Shown here piece after piece: positions 1 through 10,342 of a stretch of DNA of 50,444 nucleotides (position 1 is the first letter of the stretch; the number at the start of each line of letters is the position of its first letter). The stretch is from positions 12,570,121 through 12,620,564 of the forward strand of contig NC_057718.1 in assembly GCF_004010195.1 (NCBI RefSeq), written 5' to 3'. The position numbers and the translations under genes are program-made. The stretch is from Chiloscyllium plagiosum (lineage: Eukaryota). Below the pieces are notes generated by a model. That model saw only the letters and a list, made by a program, of their open reading frames with translations. It had not been told where the DNA came from and ran no database searches.

Positions 1-98
1 TTGACTTCTCCACCAATTGATGCTGCCTAGTTTGCTACATTCTTCCAGCCTCCTGCTGGTCTACTTTGGATTCCAGCATCTGCAATTTGTTTTGACTC
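1..98 (+). mobile_element. PLE terminal-repeat 3' fragment (same family as the end of the 39285-39930 element)
   Basis: ttgacttctcc...gatgctgcc...ttcttccagcctcctgct...ggattccagcatctgca is the reverse complement of the terminal repeat at about 39287-39350. Confidence 0.6.
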
Positions 99-644
99 TA
101 GAGCAGACCCAGTGGGCTGAATGGCCTACTTTTGCTCCTGAATTTTTAAGTTGAATTTTGAGGGTTAGAATTCAGTTTAAGAACATTTATTTAAAGGTTG
201 TGAATCTGGACGTTCTCAGGTGAGGGTCAGGTAGATTTGTTGTCTGCGTGACCTCAGCATTTATGTTTGCGGAGCGGTGAAATGATAGAATTTCAGTAAA
301 TGCCCTCCACAGAGCATTAAAGTTCCACCCGTGGGAGACTGAGGCTAAGTTTCACACCAAAGTATCAGAGCGGTTTGGCACCTTCTACTTTGCCATGTTG
401 CAGTGTCCAGTTTCAAAAACCTTACCTTGCGGTTAAATCAAACGAAGTAAGAACTTGTTTGTTTTTGCAATAGATGTCTAGACATGTTTTTTTTAAAACT
501 TCCCTTTGAATGCAGGCCCAACTGTTGACACAATTTGTGCCATGCATAATCACAAAACAATCAATGACTGTTTGCCAAGAGTCTGTTGAAGACTAAACTT
601 CATAACAATTTTATTTCTAAGACCAAGAAACATAAAACAACAAA

Positions 645-780
645 ATGTGCTGCCAAAGCACTCATCTTGCACTCACCAGGACAAATGCAAGAATTCCGAA
701 TTTCGAACACTCGCAACAATTTAAAGTGCAGGAGAAAAGGAGGGTGATTAGTTGGCAAGTCAACTCTAACTGGCCATGCA
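645..780 (-). mobile_element. Old repeat ending in a degenerate hammerhead-like motif (probable PLE-derived terminal repeat)
   Basis: The minus strand reads tgtc-CTGGTGA-gtgcaagat-GAGT-gcttt-ggca. The layout matches a type-I hammerhead with a mutated core. Confidence 0.35.
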
Positions 781-2419
781 GAAAATAAAAGCTCCCTGAT
801 AATTCAAAAAAAGGCACAAGGCCTATACACATTCTTGTTGTTTGGAAAGAAAGATCCCTGTGTATGAACACAATTTAAAATAATAAGTCAGGCTCGTAAT
901 GTGGCTCATTCATGGTCAGTAGAAGTGACATTTATTTGTCCCTCATTATGCAAAGTGCTCAAAGTCAGAGTTGAAGAAGACAAGAGTAGACATTTTAAAA
1001 CAAAGTAAATAAACCTCCCATACACACAGAAACTATAGTGTCATCTCTGATTTGCTCTGATGCTCCAGAATGTAGGGTGGGTAATTCTAATACCACAGGA
1101 CAGATGGAAAACAGTTATCAGGAAAATGGGAATTCTAACAAACCAATTCCTCCTTAATACACTCACTTCTGGATTTAATGGAGGAGAACTGGAGAGAGTT
1201 GAGTCAGGGAGAAACATGGAGATGCAAACTGAGGAAGCTTGAAGGTAGTGAAGTGATCTGGAGAAAGCCAAGTCTGGGAGGTCTGAAGACAGCAGTGCCT
1301 GGGGGATCAGAAGTTGAGAGGCGTGAAGAGGACTGAATCTGGGAGCCACACTTGAGATAGATCAGTCTTTGAGGATTATAGCAAGCGGATGTTGGGAAAC
1401 CTGGAGCAAGCAGTTTCTGGAGAAAGCAGAATCTGGAAGGTCTGGAGAGAGGGGAGGGAAATAAGAGTTGGAAGGTGGGTATGGAGCCTGGAAAGAGACA
1501 AAGTGTTGTTTGGATTTAGCAGCTCACTGTGATGTATGAGCTGCTACATGATGAAGGGTGCTGCTCCCATCCTTTTTAAGTGTAGGGAACCAGGATTTAT
1601 CAAATCTGGTTGAGGAAGGTCACTTCCTGATCTATCTAGAAAAGTCTCTTATCGTAAACATGATTAAGTTTATTGCATGGTAGCAACTAGTTAAGAGGTT
1701 ACCGGAAATGACAGAGATTGTTACAGAGACTTGAAGAGGACCAGATATCAGGTCTCATTCCTTCGAGATCCTAAGCTGTTCTATCCATAAGTCCGCAACC
1801 ACGTACATCTAATGGAGGTAAGGAACAGTATACAATTAAAAGAAAGGGCTTATAAAAATACAAAGAACAGTACAGATGCCACAAAATGGAACAAATAAAA
1901 AGGACCACAAAGCAACTGAGAAGAGCAGTTCAATAGGTTTATGAAGGGAAACATAAAAGACAATAAGAAGGGGCATAAAAGACAATAAGAAGAGATTTTA
2001 TCATTATATAAAGGGTAAGCAGCTGGTTAAGAGGACTATTTGCCCACTGAAAGCTGAGAGTGGGGAAATGGCAGACATACTGAACAATTATTGTGCTTCT
2101 GTATTCACAGCAGAAAAGATGGAATGGCTTTCCAGAAATTTGAAAAGAAATTAACAGAGGATCAGGGACAGGATCTAACTAAAATTAGCTTAATTAAATC
2201 ATCAGTAATGGGGAAATTAATGGAACTGAAGAGTGACAAATCCCCAGGACCTGATGGTTTCTATGTAAGGGTGTGAAAGGAGGTAGGAGAGTACATTGCT
2301 GATGTACTTGGAAATTTGCTCATGTCATTCCACCCTTTAAGAAGGTTGGCAGAGGGAAAGCAGGGAATTACAGAACCAGCTAGTCTGACATCTGTGGTGA
2401 GGAAATCGTTGCAGTTTAT

Positions 2420-2651
2420 TGTAGTGATTGTAACAAGATCAACCAGGTGGACCTCAGAATATAAATTCCCTGAGTGGGGCTGTTCATCTGGTTCAATGAA
2501 GGAGCACTGGCTGACAGGAATAAACAGGAGTGTCAGAAGTTCTGTCCACTCAGAGCTGGCTCTAAAGGAGCAGAATCAGAACCAAGGACTCTCCATGTGT
2601 AAATAAAGGGTGACTTGGTGACAGGATACTGGCACCTATAGAGTTATTTCA
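2420..2651 (+). mobile_element. Solo LTR (232 bp)
   Basis: Starts TG (2420), ends CA (2651), has an internal AATAAA, is flanked by a perfect 5-bp TSD TTTAT (2415-2419 and 2652-2656), and interrupts CR1 coding sequence. Confidence 0.8.
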
Positions 2652-2959
2652 TTTATAGTCAAGGATAGGGCAACTGATCACCTCCAAATCTTTCAGTTAT
2701 CAGGGAGAGACAGCATGGATTTATGAAGGATAAGTCATGCCCAACAAACCTTACAGAGTTTTTTGAAGAGGTGACAAAGGTGGGGGACAGAGGAAAGTCA
2801 ATGGTTATTGTTGTTTATGTGGACTTCCAGAAGGCTGTTGATAAAGTCCCACATAACAGACTGTTAACTAAGGTGGAAGCCCATGGAATTAAGGACAAAT
2901 TATTGACATGGACAGGAACGTAGTTGAGTGGCAGGAAACAGAGTTGGAAGAATAGGTAA

Positions 2960-3184
2960 CTAATGTGGCGGTGGAAAAGCACAGCAGGTCAGGCAGCATC
3001 TGAGGAACAGGAGAAACGACGTTTCAGGCATTGACCCTTCATCAGGAATTCCTAATGAAGGGCTTCTGCCAGAAATGTTGATTTTCCTGCTCCTCGGATG
3101 CTGCCTGACCGGCTATGTTTTTCCAGTGCTGCACACCTCGACTCTGATCTCCAGCATCTGCAGTCCTCACTTTCTCCTCAGACG
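2960..3184. mobile_element. Non-autonomous PLE-derived insertion: two head-to-head inverted terminal repeats
   Basis: Imperfect palindrome centred on GGAATTCC (3045-3052); arms match the 3' terminal repeat of the 5020-7125 PLE; candidate TSD AGGTAA (2954-2959, 3185-3190). Confidence 0.85.
3014..3049 (-). ncRNA. Minimal type-I hammerhead ribozyme core (core intact)
   Basis: The minus strand reads ttc-CTGATGA-a-GGGT-caat-GCCT-GAAA-cGTC; helix II closes with G-U wobbles and helix III is the palindrome ACGT. Confidence 0.65.
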
Positions 3185-3897
3185 AGGTAAGTACTCAAAT
3201 TAGCAGGACATGACCAGTGGTGTCCCACAGAGATCTGTGTTGGGGCCTCGGTTATTCACAATATTCATTAATGACTTGGATAGTGGCATAAAAAGTCAAA
3301 CAACCAAATTTGCTGATGACACAAAATTGGACAGCATTGTAAACAGCTTTGTTCAGAGCATAATATTACAACAGGATATTGACAGATTAGGTGAATGGGC
3401 ACAGCTGTGGCAGATAAATTTTTAATATAGGCAAGTGTGAGATTATCCATTTTGGACTGAAAAAGGATAGATCACATATTTTTAGAAGGCACAAAGTTAA
3501 ATACATGACTGTCTGACAACTTTTGGAGATTCAGTTGCACAACTCTTTTAAAATTCCACAAACAGATGCAGAAAATAGTCAAAAAGGAATATTCAATAAT
3601 GGTAGGCTGGCCTTCATATCTAAAAAGCTAGAGTATAGGGACATTATGTTGCAGTCATACACAATACTCATTAGACCCCACTAGAGTACTGCAAGCAATT
3701 CTGCGCACCATACCTTAGGAAGGATATTTTGGCCCTGGAAGGTGTTCAACACAGATTTACAAAGATGATAACTTCAGGAGGTGAGTTTAGAAAAATTAGG
3801 CCTTTATTCTCTAGAATTTACCAGATTCGGGGGTGATCTAATCAAGGTCTTCCGGATATGAACAGGGAAAGACAGAGTAGGTAAACTGTCTCCACTG

Positions 3898-4217
3898 ATT
3901 AGATTCCCTAGAGTGTGGAAACAGGCCCTTTGACCCAACTAGTCCACACCGACCCTCTGAAGAGTAACCCAGCCAAACCCATTCCCTATATTTACCCCTG
4001 ACTAATGCACAACACTACGGGCAATTTAGTATGACCAATTCACCTAACCTGCACATCTTTGGACTGTAGGAAAAAACCGGAGCACCCAGAAGAAACCCAC
4101 GTAGACATGGGGAGAATGTGCAAACTCCACACAGACAGTTACACCGAGGCTAGAATCGAACCCGAGTCCCTGGTGCTATGAGGCAGCAATTCTAACCACT
4201 AAGCCACCGTGCCACCC
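3898..4217 (-). mobile_element. HE1-type V-SINE
   Basis: Reverse complement gives a tRNA-like head gggtggcacggtggcttagtggttag...ggttcgattc, the V-domain (gtgtggagtttgcacattctcccc...gggtttc) and a (tctaa) tail. Confidence 0.92.
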
Positions 4218-5898
4218 AGAGTTGAAAATTCTAGAACCAGGAGCCATTGTCTAAGAATTAGGACCAGGTCATTCAGGACAGATATTAAAAAGCACATCCA
4301 CATGCAAAGAGTAGTGCAGATTTGGAGCTCTCTCCCTCAAATGGCAGTCTATGCTAATTTAATTGTTAAATTTAAATCTGAGATGGACTTTTTCTATGAA
4401 GGGTATCAAGGGATATGGGCCCAAGGTAGATATACGGAATTAGGTAACAGGTTAGCCACGATCTTACTGAATGATGGAGTGTGCTCGAGGGGCCAAATGG
4501 CCTCTCTCTGTTTCCATGTTCTGTTATTGCATTATCATAGCAGGTGGTGCTTATGTCACTCCTCAGTATTAACCCTTTCAGATCTATACATAACAGCAAG
4601 ACCAGGAGAGAGCATAGTTTGCAGTGAAGGGAGGCCTGGTGCGGGGAGATGTGAGGGGCTGGACAGAGGGTAGGCATGGAAGATTAATGAAACAAACTCT
4701 GGAGGAACAGACCTCAAATGAGCAAGGGAACCTGGTCATGCATGATATAACCAGCAATTCTGATAATCCTTCCAGATAAACTGCTGCATGATAACGATTA
4801 ATATGTTTTGATTGAGGAGGTGTAGTGTCCACAGCTTACCAGATTGCCCAGAGAAGATATATGTGTCGAGTCCAAATCAATTAATTCACTTTTACCCACA
4901 AACAAAATGCAAAATGAAAAACACTGGCTGGCCCAGTGTGTTGAAATTACACACCAGTGACAGGTTAATGCCTACAATGACTCGTATGACAAATTCTTGA
5001 GCTGCAGGCATCTCATCAGGACCCCTTCGCCTGCCTCCAACACACTCCATCCACCTGGACACTCCGTGCTGACCTATTACCCGCCCTCAATCTCTTCATT
5101 TCCAACTGCCGCCGGGACATTAACAGCCTCAATCTGTCTACACCCTTGCCCCACTCCAACCTCTCACCCTCACAACACGCAGCCCTCCACTCCCTCTGCT
5201 TCAATCCCAACCTCATCATCAAGCCAGCAGATAAAGGAGTGCAGTGGTAGTCTGGCGCACTGACCTCTACACCTCTGAAGCCAGACGCCAACTCCAAGAC
5301 ACCACCTCCTACTCCCCCCTTGACCATGACCCCACCCCCATCACCAAACCATCATCTCCCAGACCATACAGAACCTCATCACCTCAGGAGATCTCCCAGC
5401 CACAGCTTCCAACCTCATAGTCCGGGAACCCCGCACTGCCCGGTTCTACCTCCTTCCCAAGATTCGCAAGCCTGACCACCCTCGTCAACCCATTGTCTCA
5501 GCATGCTCCTGCCCCACTGAACTCATCTCTACCTACCTTGACACTGTTCTATTCCCCCTAGTCCAGGAACTCCCCACATACGTTCGAGACACCACTCATG
5601 CCCTCCACCTCCTCCAAGACGTCCGTCTCCCCGGCCCCCAATGCCTCATCTTCACCATGAATATCCAATCTCTGTACACCTCCATCCACCATGACCAGAG
5701 ACTCCAAGCCCTCTGTTTCTTCCTTTCCCGACGTCCCCAACAGTACCCTTCCACCGACACTATCATTCGTTTGTCTGAACTGGTCCTCACCCTCAACAAT
5801 TTCTCCTTTGAATCCTCCCACTTCCTCCAGACCAGAGGGGTAGCCATGGGCACCCATATGGGCCCCAGCTATGCCTGTCTCTTTGTTGGCTACGTAGA

Positions 5899-6878
5899 NN
5901 NNNNNNNNNNNNNNNNNNNNNNNNNNNNNNNNNNNNNNNNNNNNNNNNNNNNNNNNNNNNNNNNNNNNNNNNNNNNNNNNNNNNNNNNNNNNNNNNNNNN
6001 NNNNNNNNNNNNNNNNNNNNNNNNNNNNNNNNNNNNNNNNNNNNNNNNNNNNNNNNNNNNNNNNNNNNNNNNNNNNNNNNNNNNNNNNNNNNNNNNNNNN
6101 NNNNNNNNNNNNNNNNNNNNNNNNNNNNNNNNNNNNNNNNNNNNNNNNNNNNNNNNNNNNNNNNNNNNNNNNNNNNNNNNNNNNNNNNNNNNNNNNNNNN
6201 NNNNNNNNNNNNNNNNNNNNNNNNNNNNNNNNNNNNNNNNNNNNNNNNNNNNNNNNNNNNNNNNNNNNNNNNNNNNNNNNNNNNNNNNNNNNNNNNNNNN
6301 NNNNNNNNNNNNNNNNNNNNNNNNNNNNNNNNNNNNNNNNNNNNNNNNNNNNNNNNNNNNNNNNNNNNNNNNNNNNNNNNNNNNNNNNNNNNNNNNNNNN
6401 NNNNNNNNNNNNNNNNNNNNNNNNNNNNNNNNNNNNNNNNNNNNNNNNNNNNNNNNNNNNNNNNNNNNNNNNNNNNNNNNNNNNNNNNNNNNNNNNNNNN
6501 NNNNNNNNNNNNNNNNNNNNNNNNNNNNNNNNNNNNNNNNNNNNNNNNNNNNNNNNNNNNNNNNNNNNNNNNNNNNNNNNNNNNNNNNNNNNNNNNNNNN
6601 NNNNNNNNNNNNNNNNNNNNNNNNNNNNNNNNNNNNNNNNNNNNNNNNNNNNNNNNNNNNNNNNNNNNNNNNNNNNNNNNNNNNNNNNNNNNNNNNNNNN
6701 NNNNNNNNNNNNNNNNNNNNNNNNNNNNNNNNNNNNNNNNNNNNNNNNNNNNNNNNNNNNNNNNNNNNNNNNNNNNNNNNNNNNNNNNNNNNNNNNNNNN
6801 NNNNNNNNNNNNNNNNNNNNNNNNNNNNNNNNNNNNNNNNNNNNNNNNNNNNNNNNNNNNNNNNNNNNNNNNNNNNNN
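5899..6878. other. Assembly gap (N)
   Basis: Run of N. Confidence 1.
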
Positions 6879-7025
6879 TTGTACTCTTTGCTACCTTCCC
6901 CCACCCTCCTCTCTGACCTATCACCTCCATCCCCACCCTCATTCACCTATTGCACTCTGTGCTACTTTCTCCCCACCCCCACCCCACTCTCATTTATCTC
7001 TCCACCCTACAGGCACTCTGCCTCT

Positions 7026-7061
7026 ATTCCTGATGAAGGGCTTTTGCCCGAAACGTCAATT
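7026..7061 (+). ncRNA. Minimal type-I hammerhead ribozyme core
   Basis: attc-CTGATGA(7030-7036)-a-GGGC-tttt-GCCC-GAAA(7050-7053)-c-GTC(7055-7057); perfect 4-bp helix II, GUC cleavage triplet, weak helix I. Confidence 0.75.
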
Positions 7062-7227
7062 TTCCTGCTCCTCGGATGCTGCCTGAACTGCTGTGCTTTT
7101 CCAGCACCACTCTAATCTAGAATCTAGGCATGTCATCAGTGCAGAGACAATGAGGAGGCTGATCACCTGACACTGCAGGTGGAGGGCAATCCAACAAGGA
7201 ATATGTCCATAAATCATGAGAATATAT

Positions 7228-7345
7228 CTAAAGAGAAGTCATTTCAGACTTGAAATGTTAACTCTGTATCCTTCTTCACACATGCTGCTGAGTTTCTCCA
7301 GCACTTTCCATTTTCATTTTACATCTCCAACTTCTGCAATGCTCT
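7228..7345 (+). mobile_element. Old PLE-type terminal repeat fragment
   Basis: gaaatgttaactctgt...gctgctgagtttctccagcact...atctccaacttctgca; same family as the copies at 8610, 13462 and 32480. Confidence 0.6.
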
Positions 7346-8029
7346 GCTGTTTTATATATAATTATTAAGATAAACCACTCAGTTGCTGAAAAACAATCTT
7401 TCACCCCCTATTTCTCCTCCTCACCACTGTTAGGAGTGGAAATGTTTGAATGAGGGAGGTGTTGTTGTCAGCACTCGGTTGCCCAGGGAAACCACACGTT
7501 TTCCACTGAACATTGAGACTGACTTGCTGCATTGCAAGTCGAAGGATGGTGAAGAGTTTATGGGTACCATCAGTCTTCAAATGAAATACAAAATAAAACA
7601 TAAAATCTTACTTAAGGAACACTGGCTCTGCTTCTGACTCGCTTCCGATTACCAACAGGAATTTCTGATTGACTTGATCTTGGCATGCAAAAAAAGCAAA
7701 AAGGTTCTTTTGATATTGCAGGGTGGCACAGAACACGATATCCATTTACTTAACATCAACTGATCTCTGCAATCAACTCTGCTTGGTTTGGGTGGACCAA
7801 TTTCAGAAGGACTTCCTTCAAGCTTAACAGGATGCAAATCCCTTGCCAAGATCTGGAGAACCGGTTATGAAATACTGGCATTATATCTTGGTAAGGAAGG
7901 CTCCTGCACAGCCAGAGATCCTGAATCTGCTGTTCGATGTTGAAAATTGATTTTGATATGTGTGAGGAACATTTCTAAGCTGTTGTCTCTCTTCAGAAAA
8001 TGAAAAGAAATCCTTCACTATCGGTACTT

Positions 8030-8490
8030 AGAGTCATATTTATGTAGCACAGAAACAAACCCTTCGGTTCAACGCATCCATGCAGACCAAATGTCCTAAA
8101 CTAATCTAATTTGCCAATATTTGGCCCATATCCCTGTAAACCCTTCCAGATGCCTTTTAAATGTTGTAATTGTGCCCACATACACCACTTCCTCTGGCAG
8201 CTCTTTCCATACACGCAACACGCTCTGCGTGAAAAAGTTGCCCCTTAGGTCCTCTTAAATCTTTCCCCTCTCATCTTAAACCTATGCCCTCTAGTTTTAG
8301 ACTCCCCCACCCTGGGGAAAAGAAACCTTTGCTATTTACCCTATCCATGCCCCTCATAATTTTATAAACCTCTGTAAGGTCATCCCTCAGCTTCTGATGT
8401 TCCAGAGAAAAAAGCCCCAGCCTGTTCAGTCTCTCCATATAGCTCAAATCCTCAACCTTGGCAACATCCTTGTAAATCTTTTCTGAATGT
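8030..8490 (-). mobile_element. CR1 3' end
   Basis: ERLNRLGLFSLE...DLTEVYKIMRGMDRV peptide and a CR1 3' UTR. Confidence 0.9.
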
Positions 8491-8609
8491 GGAATACCAT
8501 CCATTAGTATATTAGCAAAGACAGGACGAGAGGTAACAAAGGCATGGATGAGGGTTTCAGAAGCAGATGAGCTGAAATCAGGGCAAAGTTGGACGATGTT
8601 ACTTAGATG

Positions 8610-8785
8610 GCATCTGTAGAGAGAAAGCAGAGTTAATGTTCAAGTCTACTGACTTTTCTTCAGAAGAGGACTCAAAGCGTTGATTCTGCTGTCTCTCCAG
8701 AGGTGCTGTCAGACTTTCCATATTTTTCTAGAAGTTTATGTTTTTGTTTCAGATCTTCAGCCCCCGCAGTTCTTTGCTTTATTTA
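8610..8785. mobile_element. Old inverted pair of PLE-type terminal repeats
   Basis: gcatctgtagagagaaagcagagttaatgtt... is followed by the inverted ...ttgattctgctgtctctccagaggtgctg... arm. Confidence 0.55.
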
Positions 8786-8868
8786 TTACATACGTAGTAT
8801 TTGTGACGTGAGGATATGTGGTCAGAAAGTCATCTTGATGTCAAATTTGTAACAAGGCTGTGAACAAA

Positions 8869-9165
8869 GTGGGAAAAGTGAGGACTGTTGATTCTGGAGA
8901 TCAGAGTCGAGAGTGTGGTGCTGGAAAAGCACAGCAGGTCAGGCAACATCTGAGGTACAGGAGAATCAATGTTTCGGGCACAAGCCCTTCATCAGGAATG
9001 AATCAGGCAGCATCCAAGGAGCAGGGGGCTAGTTAAGATTCACCAACATGGCTTTCAGTCTGGACTCACTGGTAGGCCAGACCCGATAAGGGGCCTAAAA
9101 CGCCGATTCTCCTGCTCCTCAGATGCTGCCTGACCTGCTGTGCTTTTCCAACACCACACTCGCGA
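8869..9165. mobile_element. Non-autonomous inverted PLE terminal-repeat insertion with a captured local segment
   Basis: Perfect 11-bp TSD CTGTGAACAAA (8858-8868, 9166-9176); minus arm with hammerhead core (CTGATGA 8995-8989, GAAA 8975-8972); plus arm from about 9095; 9025-9090 is the reverse complement of 9728-9793. Confidence 0.88.
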
Positions 9166-9664
9166 CTGTGAACAAATTAGCATAGTCCAGAGAAAGGTGA
9201 TGATGAATGGAATGGTCAGCATAATGTAAAATATATCAGGGCATAGAGGATTCTCTTTATTTTGAATCTAAGTGATGGGTAGGGTGATTGCACAGTTCAC
9301 ACAACAAAAACACCAACATTGAAAGGGCTGAACCAGTTTTGGTACCTCACTTATACACTGCTAAAGAGCTATCAACAACAGGTTTTAGGCTGGGAGGGGA
9401 CTGGGTAGAAAAATCATGTGTCACATGGATGTACTTTCCAATACATATCACAAAATGGAGCACTGAAAAGTAATTGAAAAGCAGTTCCCTATGAGTTTCT
9501 CTTTATCTCTGAGTGTAAGCTGGGAATCATTGCATTGGAGGAACAGTAACATAAGGCTGAATCTTGCCATCTTTTGGCAAAGTGGCATTATCTTTGAGTT
9601 TAATGGAGGTTTTCTCTGTACAAGGCCTAGAGAATTTTGTTGCAGATTAATAATGACTGCAAGT

Positions 9665-9810
9665 TTACCAGATTGTCATAAAATCCAATCTGGTTCAATA
9701 ATACTTCAGGGAAGGAAATCCACCACACTTATCAGGTCTGGCCTACCAATGAGTCCAGACTGAAAGCCATGTTGGTGAATCTTAACTAGCCCCAGCAACA
9801 CACTCAGTTA
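9665..9810 (+). mobile_element. Old tRNA-headed SINE body fragment
   Basis: atctggttca...cagggaaggaaatc...ggtctggcctac...gagtccagac is homologous to 30965-31055. Confidence 0.6.
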
Positions 9811-10342
9811 TAACAAACTCCTGCAAAGAAAAGCAGTGCACATGTACCCACACCAAGTAAGCTACAGTAGACATATACAGAGTGAAGACCTTTGAAGAGG
9901 CATGTATGGTGGTGAGTGGCCTCCCTGAATGGAAAGGAACTAATCAGATATTGTACAGATGGCCCTGGATCTAGTTGTAGCTGTAAGACAGATGCCAATT
10001 CCTCATAAGCTAACTGAAAGCCTGCAACTGTGGGCCGGCAGTCACACAGGTGGAAAATCTGACAAGTAATAACAGAGAAAGTCTTTTTAAAAGACAATTC
10101 CCCTCCTAAATATCCCTAAATATCACATCTTTGACTCTATCTTGTAATTTTCTTTAATTGTACTCTTGGCTCTATTTCTGTTATCCCTTGGTGACAGTGG
10201 CTGTCTTTAATTGTTTCTGATGGATTGTAGCTTTAACATGTTAAGTTTATTGTAATATAGTTTCTGGAGGATATCATTCAATAGCAAATATTACCTTTGG
10301 ATTGAGGAGTGACCTTATTGAGATTTATAAAATCGTGAAGTA

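Larger units (their letters stand above)
1800..4520 (+). mobile_element. Decayed CR1 LINE (ORF2 RT region to 3' end) carrying three nested insertions
   Basis: Peptides KSPGPDG, SCPTNLTEFFEEVTK...DFQKAVDKVPH, TSGVPQRSVLGPRLFTIFINDLD...KFADDTK, plus a CR1-type 3' UTR; multiple stops and frameshifts. Confidence 0.92.
5020..7125 (+). mobile_element. Penelope-like retroelement, 5'-truncated (RT, N gap, 3' terminal repeat)
   Basis: PLE RT motifs IIKPADK, ARFYLLPKI, SLYTSI...LVLTLNNFSF...QTRGVAMGTHMGPSYACLF; terminal repeat with hammerhead; 14-bp TSD with one mismatch (AGGCATCTCATCAG 5006-5019 and AGGCATGTCATCAG 7126-7139). Confidence 0.93.

Noticed and set aside
5558..6946. Long ORFs of 350-462 aa
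   Set aside because: Artefacts of translating through the N gap; only the PLE RT part is real.
7401..7601. Minus ORF with DGTH...SLNVQ...FPG, echoing Harbinger/HARBI1 nuclease motifs
   Set aside because: Motif spacing is much shorter than in Harbinger nucleases and there is no flanking similarity. It is probably chance; an HMM search would settle it.
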